This document shows, one piece after another, positions 38,395-47,154 of a stretch of 64,000 bases of DNA (within the stretch, counting starts at the first letter, position 1; every line of letters begins with the position of its first letter). Source of the DNA: a virus. The DNA lies in IMG/VR virus record IMGVR_UViG_3300045976_000117, positions 10,299 through 74,298 of that record, one strand, 5' to 3'. A program made the translations under genes and the position numbers. The notes beneath the pieces were generated by a model. That model did not search any database. It saw only the letters and a list, made by a program, of their open reading frames with translations, and had not been told where the DNA came from.

Positions 38395-38679
38395 ATGGCA
38401 GATATTACTGCCAGTGATATTACTGCTGATCGCGATTCTAGGGATACTGATCTGGGCCTGGATCGCAGCACCCCGCGAGGAGCCGTGGGTACAGGACGAG
38501 GAAGAAGAGTGATTCTCGCCTGGATTTTTCTTCAGCTGGCCGAGATCGCGACACTGGTTGCTGTTGTTATGGAAATGTGGGGTTTCTTTTTCGGACCGAA
38601 TGAGTGGGTATATCCCGCCGGGATTTCAGCACTCGTTTTGCTCGTCATTATCTGGTTCGTCCCGTGGAATATTGACTGA
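38395..38679 (+). CDS. Membrane protein
   Basis: Two TM helices; GGAGG upstream. Confidence 0.6.
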   Translation: MADITASDITADRDSRDTDLGLDRSTPRGAVGTGRGRRVILAWIFLQLAEIATLVAVVMEMWGFFFGPNEWVYPAGISALVLLVIIWFVPWNID

Positions 38680-38816
38680 GACTCGGTGGGATGAGGAGAC
38701 GTAATTATGAGTGACGTTGTGTTCGTTGGGGCTATGCAAAGCATTTTTATTGGAGCTCTTGTGACACTGGGCATAGTTGTAATTGTCGAGATTTTAAGGA
38801 GGTGAAGTAACTAATC

Positions 38817-39827
38817 ATGATGGGCCACGGACACACCTCGTTTAACCTGGTTAACGGCCTGGCATTGGGTGATGCACTTGCCCTGCCTCCGTTAGTCACT
38901 CTCACCATGGGCGTGTGTCTTGCTGGCGCCGGAACACTGCCAGACATTGACTGCCATGGATCGACAGCCAGCACAGCGTTCGGACCTTTCTCCGATGCTG
39001 TTCACCATGCGTCGAAGCATTTACATCACATGGTTGCTGCGTCCCTGTACTCCGAACATGATTTCGAGAATGGGCACAGTGAGCACCGCGGGTTGACGCA
39101 CTGGTGGCCGTTCTGGATTGTCTGCGGGGGCGGGGTAGAGATTGGCTGCCTCACCGTTGGGCGATGGTTCGTTATGGGAGTCATTGCCATACTCTTCGCG
39201 CTGGCCGCGCGGGGACTTTCTATTCCGGACGTGCCAACTGAGCGACAAGATCGGTTTCTTGACTCACTCAAACATGAATTTGCGATGCGCTGGGCTTACC
39301 GACTTCTACTCCTGTGCCCGTTCACGTGGTGCATGCGACTTTTGAACAAACGGGTACGTCGCACTCGCCGTTACACCTTGTTCAGTATCTTCAGTCATGA
39401 CTTCGGTTTCCGATTCGGAATCGGTAAAGTAGTCACCCTGGGAGTCTCGGTACTGATTTCATATGCTCTTGTGACTCAGGGAGTGGCGTCCACCATTGGC
39501 CCCTGGCTTGGCCTTATTGTCTTCGCGGGTATGCTCCTTCACTGGCTAGGTGACTCACCTACGCACATGGGCGTGCCCGGTTTTCTGCTTCACCACAAGT
39601 GGAAGCTGCCGTTTTGGGCCAGCTTCTACGCGGGCGGTCCTTTCGAGGTTGCGGTGATCTGGTTCTGCCTTGGATGGCTCAACCTTCTTCTGATTCCTGG
39701 TCTTGCGCCACGGTGGCTCGAGATGGATGTCATCACCTGGGGCGGTTTGTTCTTAGGACTAATAATTTTGTTGGCCATCATTGTGGAAGGCACACAACGA
39801 ACGAAACAGAGGAGGTATGCAACATGA
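38817..39827 (+). CDS. Membrane-bound metal-dependent hydrolase (YdjM/DUF457-like)
   Basis: MMG..H, LPDID, HRGLTH and H..GD..T..GVP motifs. Confidence 0.85.
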   Translation: MMGHGHTSFNLVNGLALGDALALPPLVTLTMGVCLAGAGTLPDIDCHGSTASTAFGPFSDAVHHASKHLHHMVAASLYSEHDFENGHSEHRGLTHWWPFWIVCGGGVEIGCLTVGRWFVMGVIAILFALAARGLSIPDVPTERQDRFLDSLKHEFAMRWAYRLLLLCPFTWCMRLLNKRVRRTRRYTLFSIFSHDFGFRFGIGKVVTLGVSVLISYALVTQGVASTIGPWLGLIVFAGMLLHWLGDSPTHMGVPGFLLHHKWKLPFWASFYAGGPFEVAVIWFCLGWLNLLLIPGLAPRWLEMDVITWGGLFLGLIILLAIIVEGTQRTKQRRYAT

Positions 39828-40201
39828 GGATTAAGAAGCAAAAGAATAAAGCCAGAATCGCGTTTCCGGCTTACGGGAATGCGTGGTTTGTTGTTAGTAC
39901 TATCAATGGTGCGTGTTATTTATCGGACGTTCATGGCATAGAAAGTAATGAATGGACAGAGCTTTATGTAGCAGAACTACCAAATCCTGACGGTTACTGG
40001 AGATATTCCACGAGTGAGATATTGCCAGTATGGGATCTTGGCGATGGACTAGAACTAACAATCAGTGATGACTTAGAAGGTCTGACTCTGAGTGGTGCAG
40101 GTACTCGATATGATTTAGATGATCTCGAAAAAGAGGCTCTCATGACACTCGCCGCGGTAGCAGCTTTGCGGAAAATACTCAAGGAGCGTGATAGTCAGTG
40201 A
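39824..40201 (+). CDS. Hypothetical protein
   Basis: ATGA overlap gives start MRIKKQ. Confidence 0.6.
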   Translation: MRIKKQKNKARIAFPAYGNAWFVVSTINGACYLSDVHGIESNEWTELYVAELPNPDGYWRYSTSEILPVWDLGDGLELTISDDLEGLTLSGAGTRYDLDDLEKEALMTLAAVAALRKILKERDSQ

Positions 40202-40647
40202 CTCAAGCTGTTCAGCCTTACCAGGAGCCTCCTCGAGAGCTCCCGCATCCTCCTACGGAATTTAATCTAGGAGGGCATCGTTACGTACTCATTCCTACGG
40301 AGCAATCACCTCTTCCTGTCCCTCAGCATCAGGGTCCAGTCATTAATGGGATTCCTCATGTGCCAGGACCTCATGGCTACCAGCCGTATCGAGCTCCTTA
40401 CCATGCCCACCCGGCCAATCCTCCCTGGTTGCGAAACCACTATACCCGCGGGACGGGGATTTTGATCGGAGCAGCCTGCATCGGAGTTGTTCTTTTCATC
40501 GTAACGGCTGCACTCTTTACTTTGGTGACATGGGCCCTGGCCAACCTCATGGCCATTGCAGTGACGGTAGTGATCGTCTTTTTCGGCGGCTTAATCCTTT
40601 TAGGCAAGCTCGCATCCGTGCGGCACGGACACCCGATAAGGAGGTGA
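40198..40647 (+). CDS. SpdD-like membrane protein
   Basis: Pro/Gln/His-rich N-terminus followed by two TM helices, the architecture of plasmid spread proteins. Confidence 0.5.
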   Translation: MTQAVQPYQEPPRELPHPPTEFNLGGHRYVLIPTEQSPLPVPQHQGPVINGIPHVPGPHGYQPYRAPYHAHPANPPWLRNHYTRGTGILIGAACIGVVLFIVTAALFTLVTWALANLMAIAVTVVIVFFGGLILLGKLASVRHGHPIRR

Positions 40648-40653
40648 TAATTA

Positions 40654-41112
40654 ATGGGATGGCTATGGCCCACAGCTACTGAAGAGGAAGAAGACGAAGA
40701 GCTCACCTATACCCGCGGATTGGTCGCTGTTCATGAGTCGGGACACGCAGTGGCGTGCGACGCCTACGGCATTCCTTATTCAGAGATCCACGTCTCCGTG
40801 AGTCGTACCTACTGGACTGGCCAGCTTGAGTACACGGGTTACGTTCACACAGCAGACAACTATCATGGTCAGGAAATGCAGTACGCGGCCATGTGTTTGG
40901 CAGGTAGAGAGGCCGAAGCTCTATGGCTGATGGATAAATACGGCTGGCGCAAGGGAAAAGCCCGTTCTTTTGCAGAGGACCACGCGGGTACTGATATGCG
41001 TAATGCTCAGTTCCTTGTGGGTCGAGGTGGAATGTATCAGGCTGAAAAACAAGCTCGACGTTTAGTCGAGTCTCATTGGTCAAGAATTACCCGGTTAGCG
41101 GGACAACTCTAA
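40654..41112 (+). CDS. Zinc metallopeptidase (stand-alone M41/FtsH-like domain)
   Basis: AVHESGHAV (HExxH), LAGREAE, G.D. Confidence 0.8.
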   Translation: MGWLWPTATEEEEDEELTYTRGLVAVHESGHAVACDAYGIPYSEIHVSVSRTYWTGQLEYTGYVHTADNYHGQEMQYAAMCLAGREAEALWLMDKYGWRKGKARSFAEDHAGTDMRNAQFLVGRGGMYQAEKQARRLVESHWSRITRLAGQL

Positions 41113-41130
41113 AAGAGAGGAATTAGTACA

Positions 41131-41391
41131 GTGGCACGTCGAGATGAATCACCTTGTGAGAACAACTGCGGTCATGCAAAGTCCGACCATCATTGTCGAT
41201 ACAAAGACATCAACACAAGCAGGGAAGTATGGAAGTGCCAGTATTGCTCTTGTAAGGTATATCCTCAACAAATGGCCAATGGTGATCCTAATTTCATCTA
41301 TGTTGAAGGTGTTGGCTGGGATTACGCATCAAACGCCCATAAATACAATAAATCAGCTAGTAGTGGCCGTCGATTTTTTGGACTATTCTAG
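41131..41391 (+). CDS. Hypothetical Cys/His protein
   Basis: GAGGA RBS; C...CGH....H...C..C.C. Confidence 0.6.
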   Translation: MARRDESPCENNCGHAKSDHHCRYKDINTSREVWKCQYCSCKVYPQQMANGDPNFIYVEGVGWDYASNAHKYNKSASSGRRFFGLF

Positions 41392-41424
41392 AAGGCACAT
41401 TGGTAGGTCTAATCATTTGGAGTC

Positions 41425-41628
41425 ATGAAAAAGGGACTTTTGATGAAATTAGGATTATTAACCGGCGATAGCAGAGAGGGTACGAGTGAACAAGCCCCTC
41501 GGCACTACCACCACGCACCATCCCGCGGGGACTTCACTTACTGTGGCATGAGTCTGGTTGGTGCAGTGCCTAGTGGCCCTCCGGCTCGTGGCGTGACAGA
41601 GTGCCCTATCTGCGCTGCCAGGAGGTGA
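41425..41628 (+). CDS. Hypothetical Zn-binding protein
   Basis: H...CG...CPIC. Confidence 0.55.
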   Translation: MKKGLLMKLGLLTGDSREGTSEQAPRHYHHAPSRGDFTYCGMSLVGAVPSGPPARGVTECPICAARR

Positions 41629-41633
41629 GTTAG

Positions 41634-41849
41634 ATGAGGCTGTTTGATCCTGATGATGGAGTCTTGCCAGCACTTGAGCCGGATGCTCGTAAGGTAGCCA
41701 TTGCAGAGCTACAAGCCTTGGCCAATACCTTTCATCGCTCCGCGGTGGCTTCTGGAAGCCTCTCAATCAGAGTGACCTACACGTCCTGTGCTGAGTATGT
41801 GGAAGGCCGGATTAGGGCACTTCAGCGAGGCGACCAGTTCCACGTCTAG
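41634..41849 (+). CDS. Hypothetical protein
   Basis: GGAGG RBS. Confidence 0.55.
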   Translation: MRLFDPDDGVLPALEPDARKVAIAELQALANTFHRSAVASGSLSIRVTYTSCAEYVEGRIRALQRGDQFHV

Positions 41850-41867
41850 TGTCACCCGTTCAGGGTA

Positions 41868-41909
41868 TTGCTGTCTAGCTGGACAGGTGGGTACTGTCTA
41901 GCTAGACAG
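41868..41909 (+). promoter_or_regulatory. Promoter covered by two copies of the 16-bp operator
   Basis: TTGCTG-18 nt-TACTGT; CTGTCTAGCTGGACAG and CTGTCTAGCTAGACAG. Confidence 0.7.
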
Positions 41910-41937
41910 CTTGAAACGAAAGAACAAGGGGCCAGCA

Positions 41938-42129
41938 ATGAACGCAACGCAAATGACAAAGATGATCGGCCAGACAGGTAATATCTTCGGTTCTGGTGAC
42001 ATGCGTATTTCTGTTCGCATTATTGATGTCAAGGTGTCTTATGGCAGCGTTCGTTATCAGGTCAAGCCTGTAGCCGGTTGTGGTACGGCATGGATTGACG
42101 CTGACTCAATTAAGCTCTACGAGGACTGA
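41938..42129 (+). CDS. Small SH3-like hypothetical protein
   Basis: V.I.DVK..YG.VRY.V.PV.G.G..W motif. Confidence 0.65.
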   Translation: MNATQMTKMIGQTGNIFGSGDMRISVRIIDVKVSYGSVRYQVKPVAGCGTAWIDADSIKLYED

Positions 42130-42134
42130 TACCA

Positions 42135-42560
42135 ATGACCACGACAGTTGAGCGCAGCGCTTTTCGAATCTGGCGCCTATTCCGAACTGATGGTGAAGTG
42201 TCAGGGGTAACAATTGAGTTTACTATCTCCGCGAGGACAGAGCAGCAAGCCCGTGAATTGGCTTGCGACACTGTTAAGCCCGAAGACAGTAGGACGTGGC
42301 TTGATCGGCGTACTTCTCGAGCTATCGAACTAGGTAAGGCTGATAGTAAATTTCAGGAGTTGCAGGTCATTTCACAATACGCGGTACCAACAATGAAAAT
42401 ATCTTTCGAATGGTCGGTTAGGCCTCCTCAGTATGATGTCGATGCCTGGCCCGCATGGATAGGTCCCGAAGCTGAAGCACGGCGCATTTTGGAAGATGGC
42501 TGGACTTTACATAAGCGGCCTCGTTTCTCCATGTACGGGAAGTGGGAAGAAGTGAAATGA
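42135..42560 (+). CDS. Hypothetical protein
   Basis: GAGG RBS; operon context. Confidence 0.6.
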   Translation: MTTTVERSAFRIWRLFRTDGEVSGVTIEFTISARTEQQARELACDTVKPEDSRTWLDRRTSRAIELGKADSKFQELQVISQYAVPTMKISFEWSVRPPQYDVDAWPAWIGPEAEARRILEDGWTLHKRPRFSMYGKWEEVK

Positions 42561-42736
42561 TCGAATTAATAGCAGAAGCGTCAGGTCCTACGATAACTAT
42601 TCTCGGTGTATTAGGGTCTATAGCTTTTATCATGGGCCAGCCTGAATACGGAGTGAGTCTTCTAATCTTCGCCGGGGTGCTGATTGTAGTAGCTTTATTA
42701 TCTATTTGGGTCTTAAAACGACGTGGTGAGTGGTAA
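42557..42736 (+). CDS. Small two-TM membrane protein
   Basis: ATGA overlap; hydrophobic. Confidence 0.6.
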   Translation: MIELIAEASGPTITILGVLGSIAFIMGQPEYGVSLLIFAGVLIVVALLSIWVLKRRGEW

Positions 42737-42837
42737 TTCGCAAAATTAAATAATCTGATTTACCTCGCACCGGGTATAGGTGTTAAGTGGAGAGGAGGTG
42801 AGAACAATGCCACCGCGGTAGGGAAAGCCTACCGGGA

Positions 42838-42911
42838 TGCGGGATAGCTCAGTCAGGTAGAGCGCCGGTTTCATACTCCGGTGGTCGGGAGTTCAAATCT
42901 CCCTCCCGCAA
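42838..42911 (+). tRNA. tRNA-Met (CAT), elongator-type; CCA not encoded
   Basis: Full cloverleaf: TGCGGGA/TCCCGCA acceptor, GCTC/GAGC D arm, loop TT-CAT-AC, GGGAG-TTCAAAT-CTCCC T arm. Confidence 0.92.
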
Positions 42912-43128
42912 CGTGAGAAAGGAGAAAGATGTGAAAGGAAAGGGGAAGGGTAAATGAATCCTACTGGATGGTGCTGCACAGCATGGTCTCACTGCACCTG
43001 CGGCAACCTCGATGCTCACACACCCGATGACCCCGGCCCAACGACTGACTATGACTTTTCCTCCAGTCATCCCTCACTGTGCCGGTTCTATCGGTCCGGG
43101 CTGGTTGACAGAACACGAAACCGTCCGA

Positions 43129-43338
43129 ATGAATCTCATCACTATTGTTGATGCCAGTATTGTTCAAGAAAACATTGATTGGGGCATGCTGGCCAATGAC
43201 ATTGGCGAGGCCATCGAAAAGACGAGTGTCGAACAGCATGGACTGACTTTTGAAGATCGGGCCATTGTTCGTGTACTTCCTCAGTTCATAGCCGCAGTGA
43301 CTGCGGCACAGAAAGAATTAATAGAAAGTGGAGAATGA
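43129..43338 (+). CDS. Hypothetical protein
   Basis: Operon context; start uncertain. Confidence 0.5.
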   Translation: MNLITIVDASIVQENIDWGMLANDIGEAIEKTSVEQHGLTFEDRAIVRVLPQFIAAVTAAQKELIESGE

Positions 43339-43565
43339 TGGTACAGATCGGAATCGAAACCGGGCCGGAACCTTTCGAGCCTAATGAAGAGCATATAGCA
43401 CACTATGAGGACTATCGTAAATCAGCGCGTAAGGCTGGAAATTTTGGCAATTATGACGCCGCGGTGGCTACGGCACTTCTTGCGTTAGCTGCTCAAGTCG
43501 CTCGGCTCGCGGACGTAGCAGAGTATCAAACTAAGATCAATGCAAAACACAGGTATGAGGGATAA
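43335..43565 (+). CDS. Hypothetical protein
   Basis: ATGA overlap; GGAG RBS. Confidence 0.6.
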   Translation: MMVQIGIETGPEPFEPNEEHIAHYEDYRKSARKAGNFGNYDAAVATALLALAAQVARLADVAEYQTKINAKHRYEG

Positions 43566-43568
43566 AAT

Positions 43569-44033
43569 ATGACACATCGATTCTTTGAGCCATCACCTCA
43601 TGACGTAAACATGGGCAAAGTACGGTCTTCTCATGATGTCAGGATTATAAATTTCAGAGATGAGTCAACCTGCAATCAGTGGCATGGCGGAACGATTATT
43701 TATGTTGATGATTCTGCTTATGTACGTAACTTCGTCACTGATACTATTGCATGTTGGCCCGACACTAGCATCCCGATCGATCAGCTCATTATTGACGTGC
43801 AAACTGATAACGGGGTAGGCAGACTCTTCTTTCGGCACGAAAGCATGCTTGACGAGTATGGTCAGCCTAAGCTAGGTACCAAGTATCGGGCACTTGTCGA
43901 GGCTCTTGAGTCAGCAGATCATGCCGGTCGGTTACCTATGGTGGGAGCGCAGCTGTGGGTGCGTTGGACAAACATCACCCCTAACGGTCGGAAACTCTGG
44001 GAAGTGAGATATGAAGATGGGGTCTGTAAATGA
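43569..44033 (+). CDS. Putative ssDNA-binding protein paralog
   Basis: GGTI...W......L...VQTD.G...VGAQ.....T....K....Y pattern shared with 53404..54690. Confidence 0.6.
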   Translation: MTHRFFEPSPHDVNMGKVRSSHDVRIINFRDESTCNQWHGGTIIYVDDSAYVRNFVTDTIACWPDTSIPIDQLIIDVQTDNGVGRLFFRHESMLDEYGQPKLGTKYRALVEALESADHAGRLPMVGAQLWVRWTNITPNGRKLWEVRYEDGVCK

Positions 44034-44227
44034 TCCAAACTGGAATCTGGACCGGCCAAAAATGGGCGGCTCGACTTGGGCATGGACCCTCCGTGCGAGT
44101 CAAATACTTCAAATTCGATAGAGGTGAAGTTGTCTTCGAATACATCAGCACTTGCATCAAATATCCTCAAGACGTTATGGATCTGACAAGTTTTACTCAA
44201 CGATTTGAACTGGTGAGCAATGGATGA
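44030..44227 (+). CDS. Hypothetical protein
   Basis: Overlap-coupled. Confidence 0.55.
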   Translation: MIQTGIWTGQKWAARLGHGPSVRVKYFKFDRGEVVFEYISTCIKYPQDVMDLTSFTQRFELVSNG

Positions 44228-44498
44228 TTACGGGCTCACTACTGAGGATTATCTGCGGGCACTCCGACAGGCCTCCTCAAAGCTCTCAGAAGCTCTGAGC
44301 TTTTATCAACAAGCCATCACCTCAGCTCGTGAGGCCGGAGCCACCTGGGAGCAACTGAGCACCGCGGCTGACATCCCTACGGCCACCGCGCGAAGTCGTC
44401 ATAGAACAGCGGTACAGGGTGGTGAGATGCACCTGCACATCGATCCCTTGAAAGATCCTTTGGAGGAGCAAGATGGAAAAAGCAATTTTGTGCGCTGA
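44220..44498 (+). CDS. HTH DNA-binding protein
   Basis: [13 protein letters not shown]...........ARSR. Confidence 0.75.
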   Translation: MDDYGLTTEDYLRALRQASSKLSEALSFYQQAITSAREAGATWEQLSTAADIPTATARSRHRTAVQGGEMHLHIDPLKDPLEEQDGKSNFVR

Positions 44499-44910
44499 CA
44501 TGGTAGTTTGGAATGAAGAACAACTACCTTTTAAGGTGCTCATGATTTATCGTAAATGGCCTCCTTACGAAGGTATGTGGGCCTTGCCGGGAGGTCATGT
44601 CGACCGTGGTGAAACATTCGAACAAGCTGCAATAAGAGAACTTAAAGAGGAAGCGGGCTTGGATTTGGCCAAAGTGCACCGTGTAGGTATTTATGACACA
44701 CCAGACCGTGACCCTCGAGGCCGTGTTGTATCCGTAGCATTCACCGCGCGGGCTCCTTTGGGCGCACAACTCATAGCCGGAGATGACGCGGCAAAGGTTG
44801 CCTGGATACCCGCGAGGCAAATAATTTCAGGTGAGGTACCTGTGGCCTTCGATCATCAACAGATCGTTTTTGATGCCTATCAACTAGGCAGTTTTCCGGA
44901 GGAAATGTAA
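44473..44910 (+). CDS. NUDIX hydrolase (ADP-ribose pyrophosphatase-like)
   Basis: WALPGG.V..GE....[10 protein letters not shown] Nudix box; RDPR, AGDDA and AFDH motifs. Confidence 0.92.
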   Translation: MEKAILCADMVVWNEEQLPFKVLMIYRKWPPYEGMWALPGGHVDRGETFEQAAIRELKEEAGLDLAKVHRVGIYDTPDRDPRGRVVSVAFTARAPLGAQLIAGDDAAKVAWIPARQIISGEVPVAFDHQQIVFDAYQLGSFPEEM

Positions 44911-45683
44911 TGTATAAACGATTATGGGCTTTTCTTGTGGCCCTGTCCCTGGCTATCGGCGCCGGAGCGATCCTCGCGGCGTGTGGCCGCGACGATGATG
45001 ACTACACCGCGGCGCCCGCTGCTTTCGCCATGCCTAATGGTGAGCAGTGCTACGGGTGGATGAATAACCCGCATGAGACTGATAACTTCGGTCCGGCCTG
45101 CCCGTTCGCCATGCCCCAAAGTCAGCCAGTGCGTCAACCTGGCATGTCGGATATGGACTGGGCCATTTTGGGCGGTCTGTTCGGGTACTACATGGGTCAC
45201 CACTCCTACTACAACCGACCTTGGTATTACGACAACTACATTGGGCCCGCGTGGACTCGTTACCCGGCCGGTAATTACCTGGCTTATCCTGGCCACCCGG
45301 TCACCAGAATCACCAACGTCACTGTCTACAACGGCGTCACTCGAGATATCGACACCCGCAATGCTGTCTTCGAAAAGAAGTACTCCGCGGATCCTAAATA
45401 CTCGACATACAAGACCGCCAACGGCAAGACTTACAATGGCAAGACCGTTCCGAGCAAAGCATTTAGTGGGACGAACGTGCCGGTTAAGAAATCGCCTCTT
45501 GGCAACGCGGGATATGGCACGAGCAATACAATCAAACCAAACACAAGCACCAACACGGGTACGAGTAGATCAGGATATGGCAAGAGCTACGGCGGGTCTG
45601 GCGGTAGTTGGTTCAATAGCAGACCTAGCTCAGGCTCAAAATCATATGGCAGTTTCAGCAGCGGAAGTAGAAGGAGTAAATAA
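44910..45683 (+). CDS. Lipoprotein with Tyr-rich middle and Gly/Ser/Arg-rich tail
   Basis: Lipobox LAAC; low-complexity C-terminus. Confidence 0.75.
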   Translation: MYKRLWAFLVALSLAIGAGAILAACGRDDDDYTAAPAAFAMPNGEQCYGWMNNPHETDNFGPACPFAMPQSQPVRQPGMSDMDWAILGGLFGYYMGHHSYYNRPWYYDNYIGPAWTRYPAGNYLAYPGHPVTRITNVTVYNGVTRDIDTRNAVFEKKYSADPKYSTYKTANGKTYNGKTVPSKAFSGTNVPVKKSPLGNAGYGTSNTIKPNTSTNTGTSRSGYGKSYGGSGGSWFNSRPSSGSKSYGSFSSGSRRSK

Positions 45684-45685
45684 CC

Positions 45686-45979
45686 ATGAATAAAATCACA
45701 GAACTAACTGACGAGCAGCTGGTTCAATTCGCAAAAGAATTGACACCAGGCACGAAGGTACTAGCAGTAACAGATGATCCGGACAATCCTGACCAGATTG
45801 GTATCATCGTTAAGCCCACTGCGGAGGAATTGGCGTATGCCAAAGAGAATCTCTGTGGGTTTGATGACGATGATGTTCCGTGCTACACCCTCGTTGCTTG
45901 GTCATGGTCTGATGAACCCAATGAAGTGTTTGGTCGATACTGGGAAGCCTTGGATGATTTGCAAAAGGTGGAGGATTAA
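45686..45979 (+). CDS. Hypothetical protein (tandem paralog 1)
   Basis: Clear similarity to the next ORF. Confidence 0.7.
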   Translation: MNKITELTDEQLVQFAKELTPGTKVLAVTDDPDNPDQIGIIVKPTAEELAYAKENLCGFDDDDVPCYTLVAWSWSDEPNEVFGRYWEALDDLQKVED

Positions 45980-45987
45980 GAGTAATT

Positions 45988-46287
45988 ATGGCTTATTACG
46001 CGGAACTGATCGGTGATCAATTCGTTCAGTTCACAAAAGAATTACCACCCAACACAAAAGTACTGCTAATAGAAGACGATCTAAACAGTCCTAGTCAAAT
46101 TGGTATTATTGTCAAGCCTGCTAGAGATGAACGGGTCGATCACGATCAATATCGTGATCGTGTATGTCGTAGAAAAGAATCGGCTTGCTGTGTCCTCGTT
46201 GCCTGGTCATGGCCAGACACGCCAGACGAGACTAACTGTCGACTCTGGGAGCCTATCGGAGGTTTGCAGAAGGTCGAGGACAGTTGA
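45988..46287 (+). CDS. Hypothetical protein (tandem paralog 2)
   Basis: Shared VQF.KEL.P.TKVL...QIGIIVKP...LVAWSW.D.P...WE....LQKVED. Confidence 0.7.
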   Translation: MAYYAELIGDQFVQFTKELPPNTKVLLIEDDLNSPSQIGIIVKPARDERVDHDQYRDRVCRRKESACCVLVAWSWPDTPDETNCRLWEPIGGLQKVEDS

Positions 46288-46832
46288 CCATGCCCATTAT
46301 CCCGGTTACCTTCTGCGGAAACATCGCTGAAATCGGCGTCGAGCCTAATGCGTGGAAGTCCGCTTACTATCAACTCGAGCTCGCAGAACCTGACACAGTC
46401 ACCGCGGTGGCATTGGCTAAGACCATGTACCTCGACAAGGAGCTTGCTCAGCTTGGTCAGGCTGACCTTATTGTATCGACCATTCATCCGGACTATGTAC
46501 CGCGGTGTCAGGCAATCACTCACGCAGATATGGAGGTGGACGAAGACCGAGAGCTTGCCCTTTACCCTATCGAAAGCCTCTACACCGTCTGTGGATGGAT
46601 TAAAGAGACCGGAGAGACCTACTGTGACTACTGGGTAGCCAACGGGCCCAAGCTGGCTTATGCGATGGCTTGGCATCACTTGTTGACTTCTGTTGGTGAG
46701 TTAATGGTCTCCTGTGTCCATGAGGGTGAGCTCGTTCGGGTGGAGTGGACTCCTCCCTATATAGACCCGATATGCAAGACTGAGGGAGACATTGAGGCAC
46801 GGCTTAAAGAGTTAATGGGAGACAGCCCATGA
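46284..46832 (+). CDS. Hypothetical protein
   Basis: Acidic 182-aa ORF in the operon. Confidence 0.65.
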   Translation: MTMPIIPVTFCGNIAEIGVEPNAWKSAYYQLELAEPDTVTAVALAKTMYLDKELAQLGQADLIVSTIHPDYVPRCQAITHADMEVDEDRELALYPIESLYTVCGWIKETGETYCDYWVANGPKLAYAMAWHHLLTSVGELMVSCVHEGELVRVEWTPPYIDPICKTEGDIEARLKELMGDSP

Positions 46833-46854
46833 CCGCGGCAGAAGTGGCAAGTAA

Positions 46855-47154
46855 ATGACAAAGAACAAGCAAGAGGAGGTCTGTCCTAATCTTCTTCACG
46901 AGCTAGAAATTCTTGCTGTACGATGGACTAATTTAGGTTTACACCAGATGTCTGAAGAATTACGGACTGTCCTTGCCGGACACCTGAGGCCAGGTCTTAA
47001 AGTCAGATATTACTATGCCAGTGAGTGGCGTATCGGAGTGCTACTTACCCGGCCTGGCAAAGATAATCCTTGCTGGCAGATTCAACGCAATGGTTTCGGT
47101 GGGTGGGTCGATCAAGTAAGACCAGGCCCCAATACAATTAGGGTTTACATATGA
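46855..47154 (+). CDS. Hypothetical protein
   Basis: Operon context. Confidence 0.55.
   Translation: MTKNKQEEVCPNLLHELEILAVRWTNLGLHQMSEELRTVLAGHLRPGLKVRYYYASEWRIGVLLTRPGKDNPCWQIQRNGFGGWVDQVRPGPNTIRVYI

Noticed and set aside
42849-43070. Minus-strand 73-aa ORF
   Set aside because: Its C-terminus is simply the reverse translation of the tRNA-Met gene
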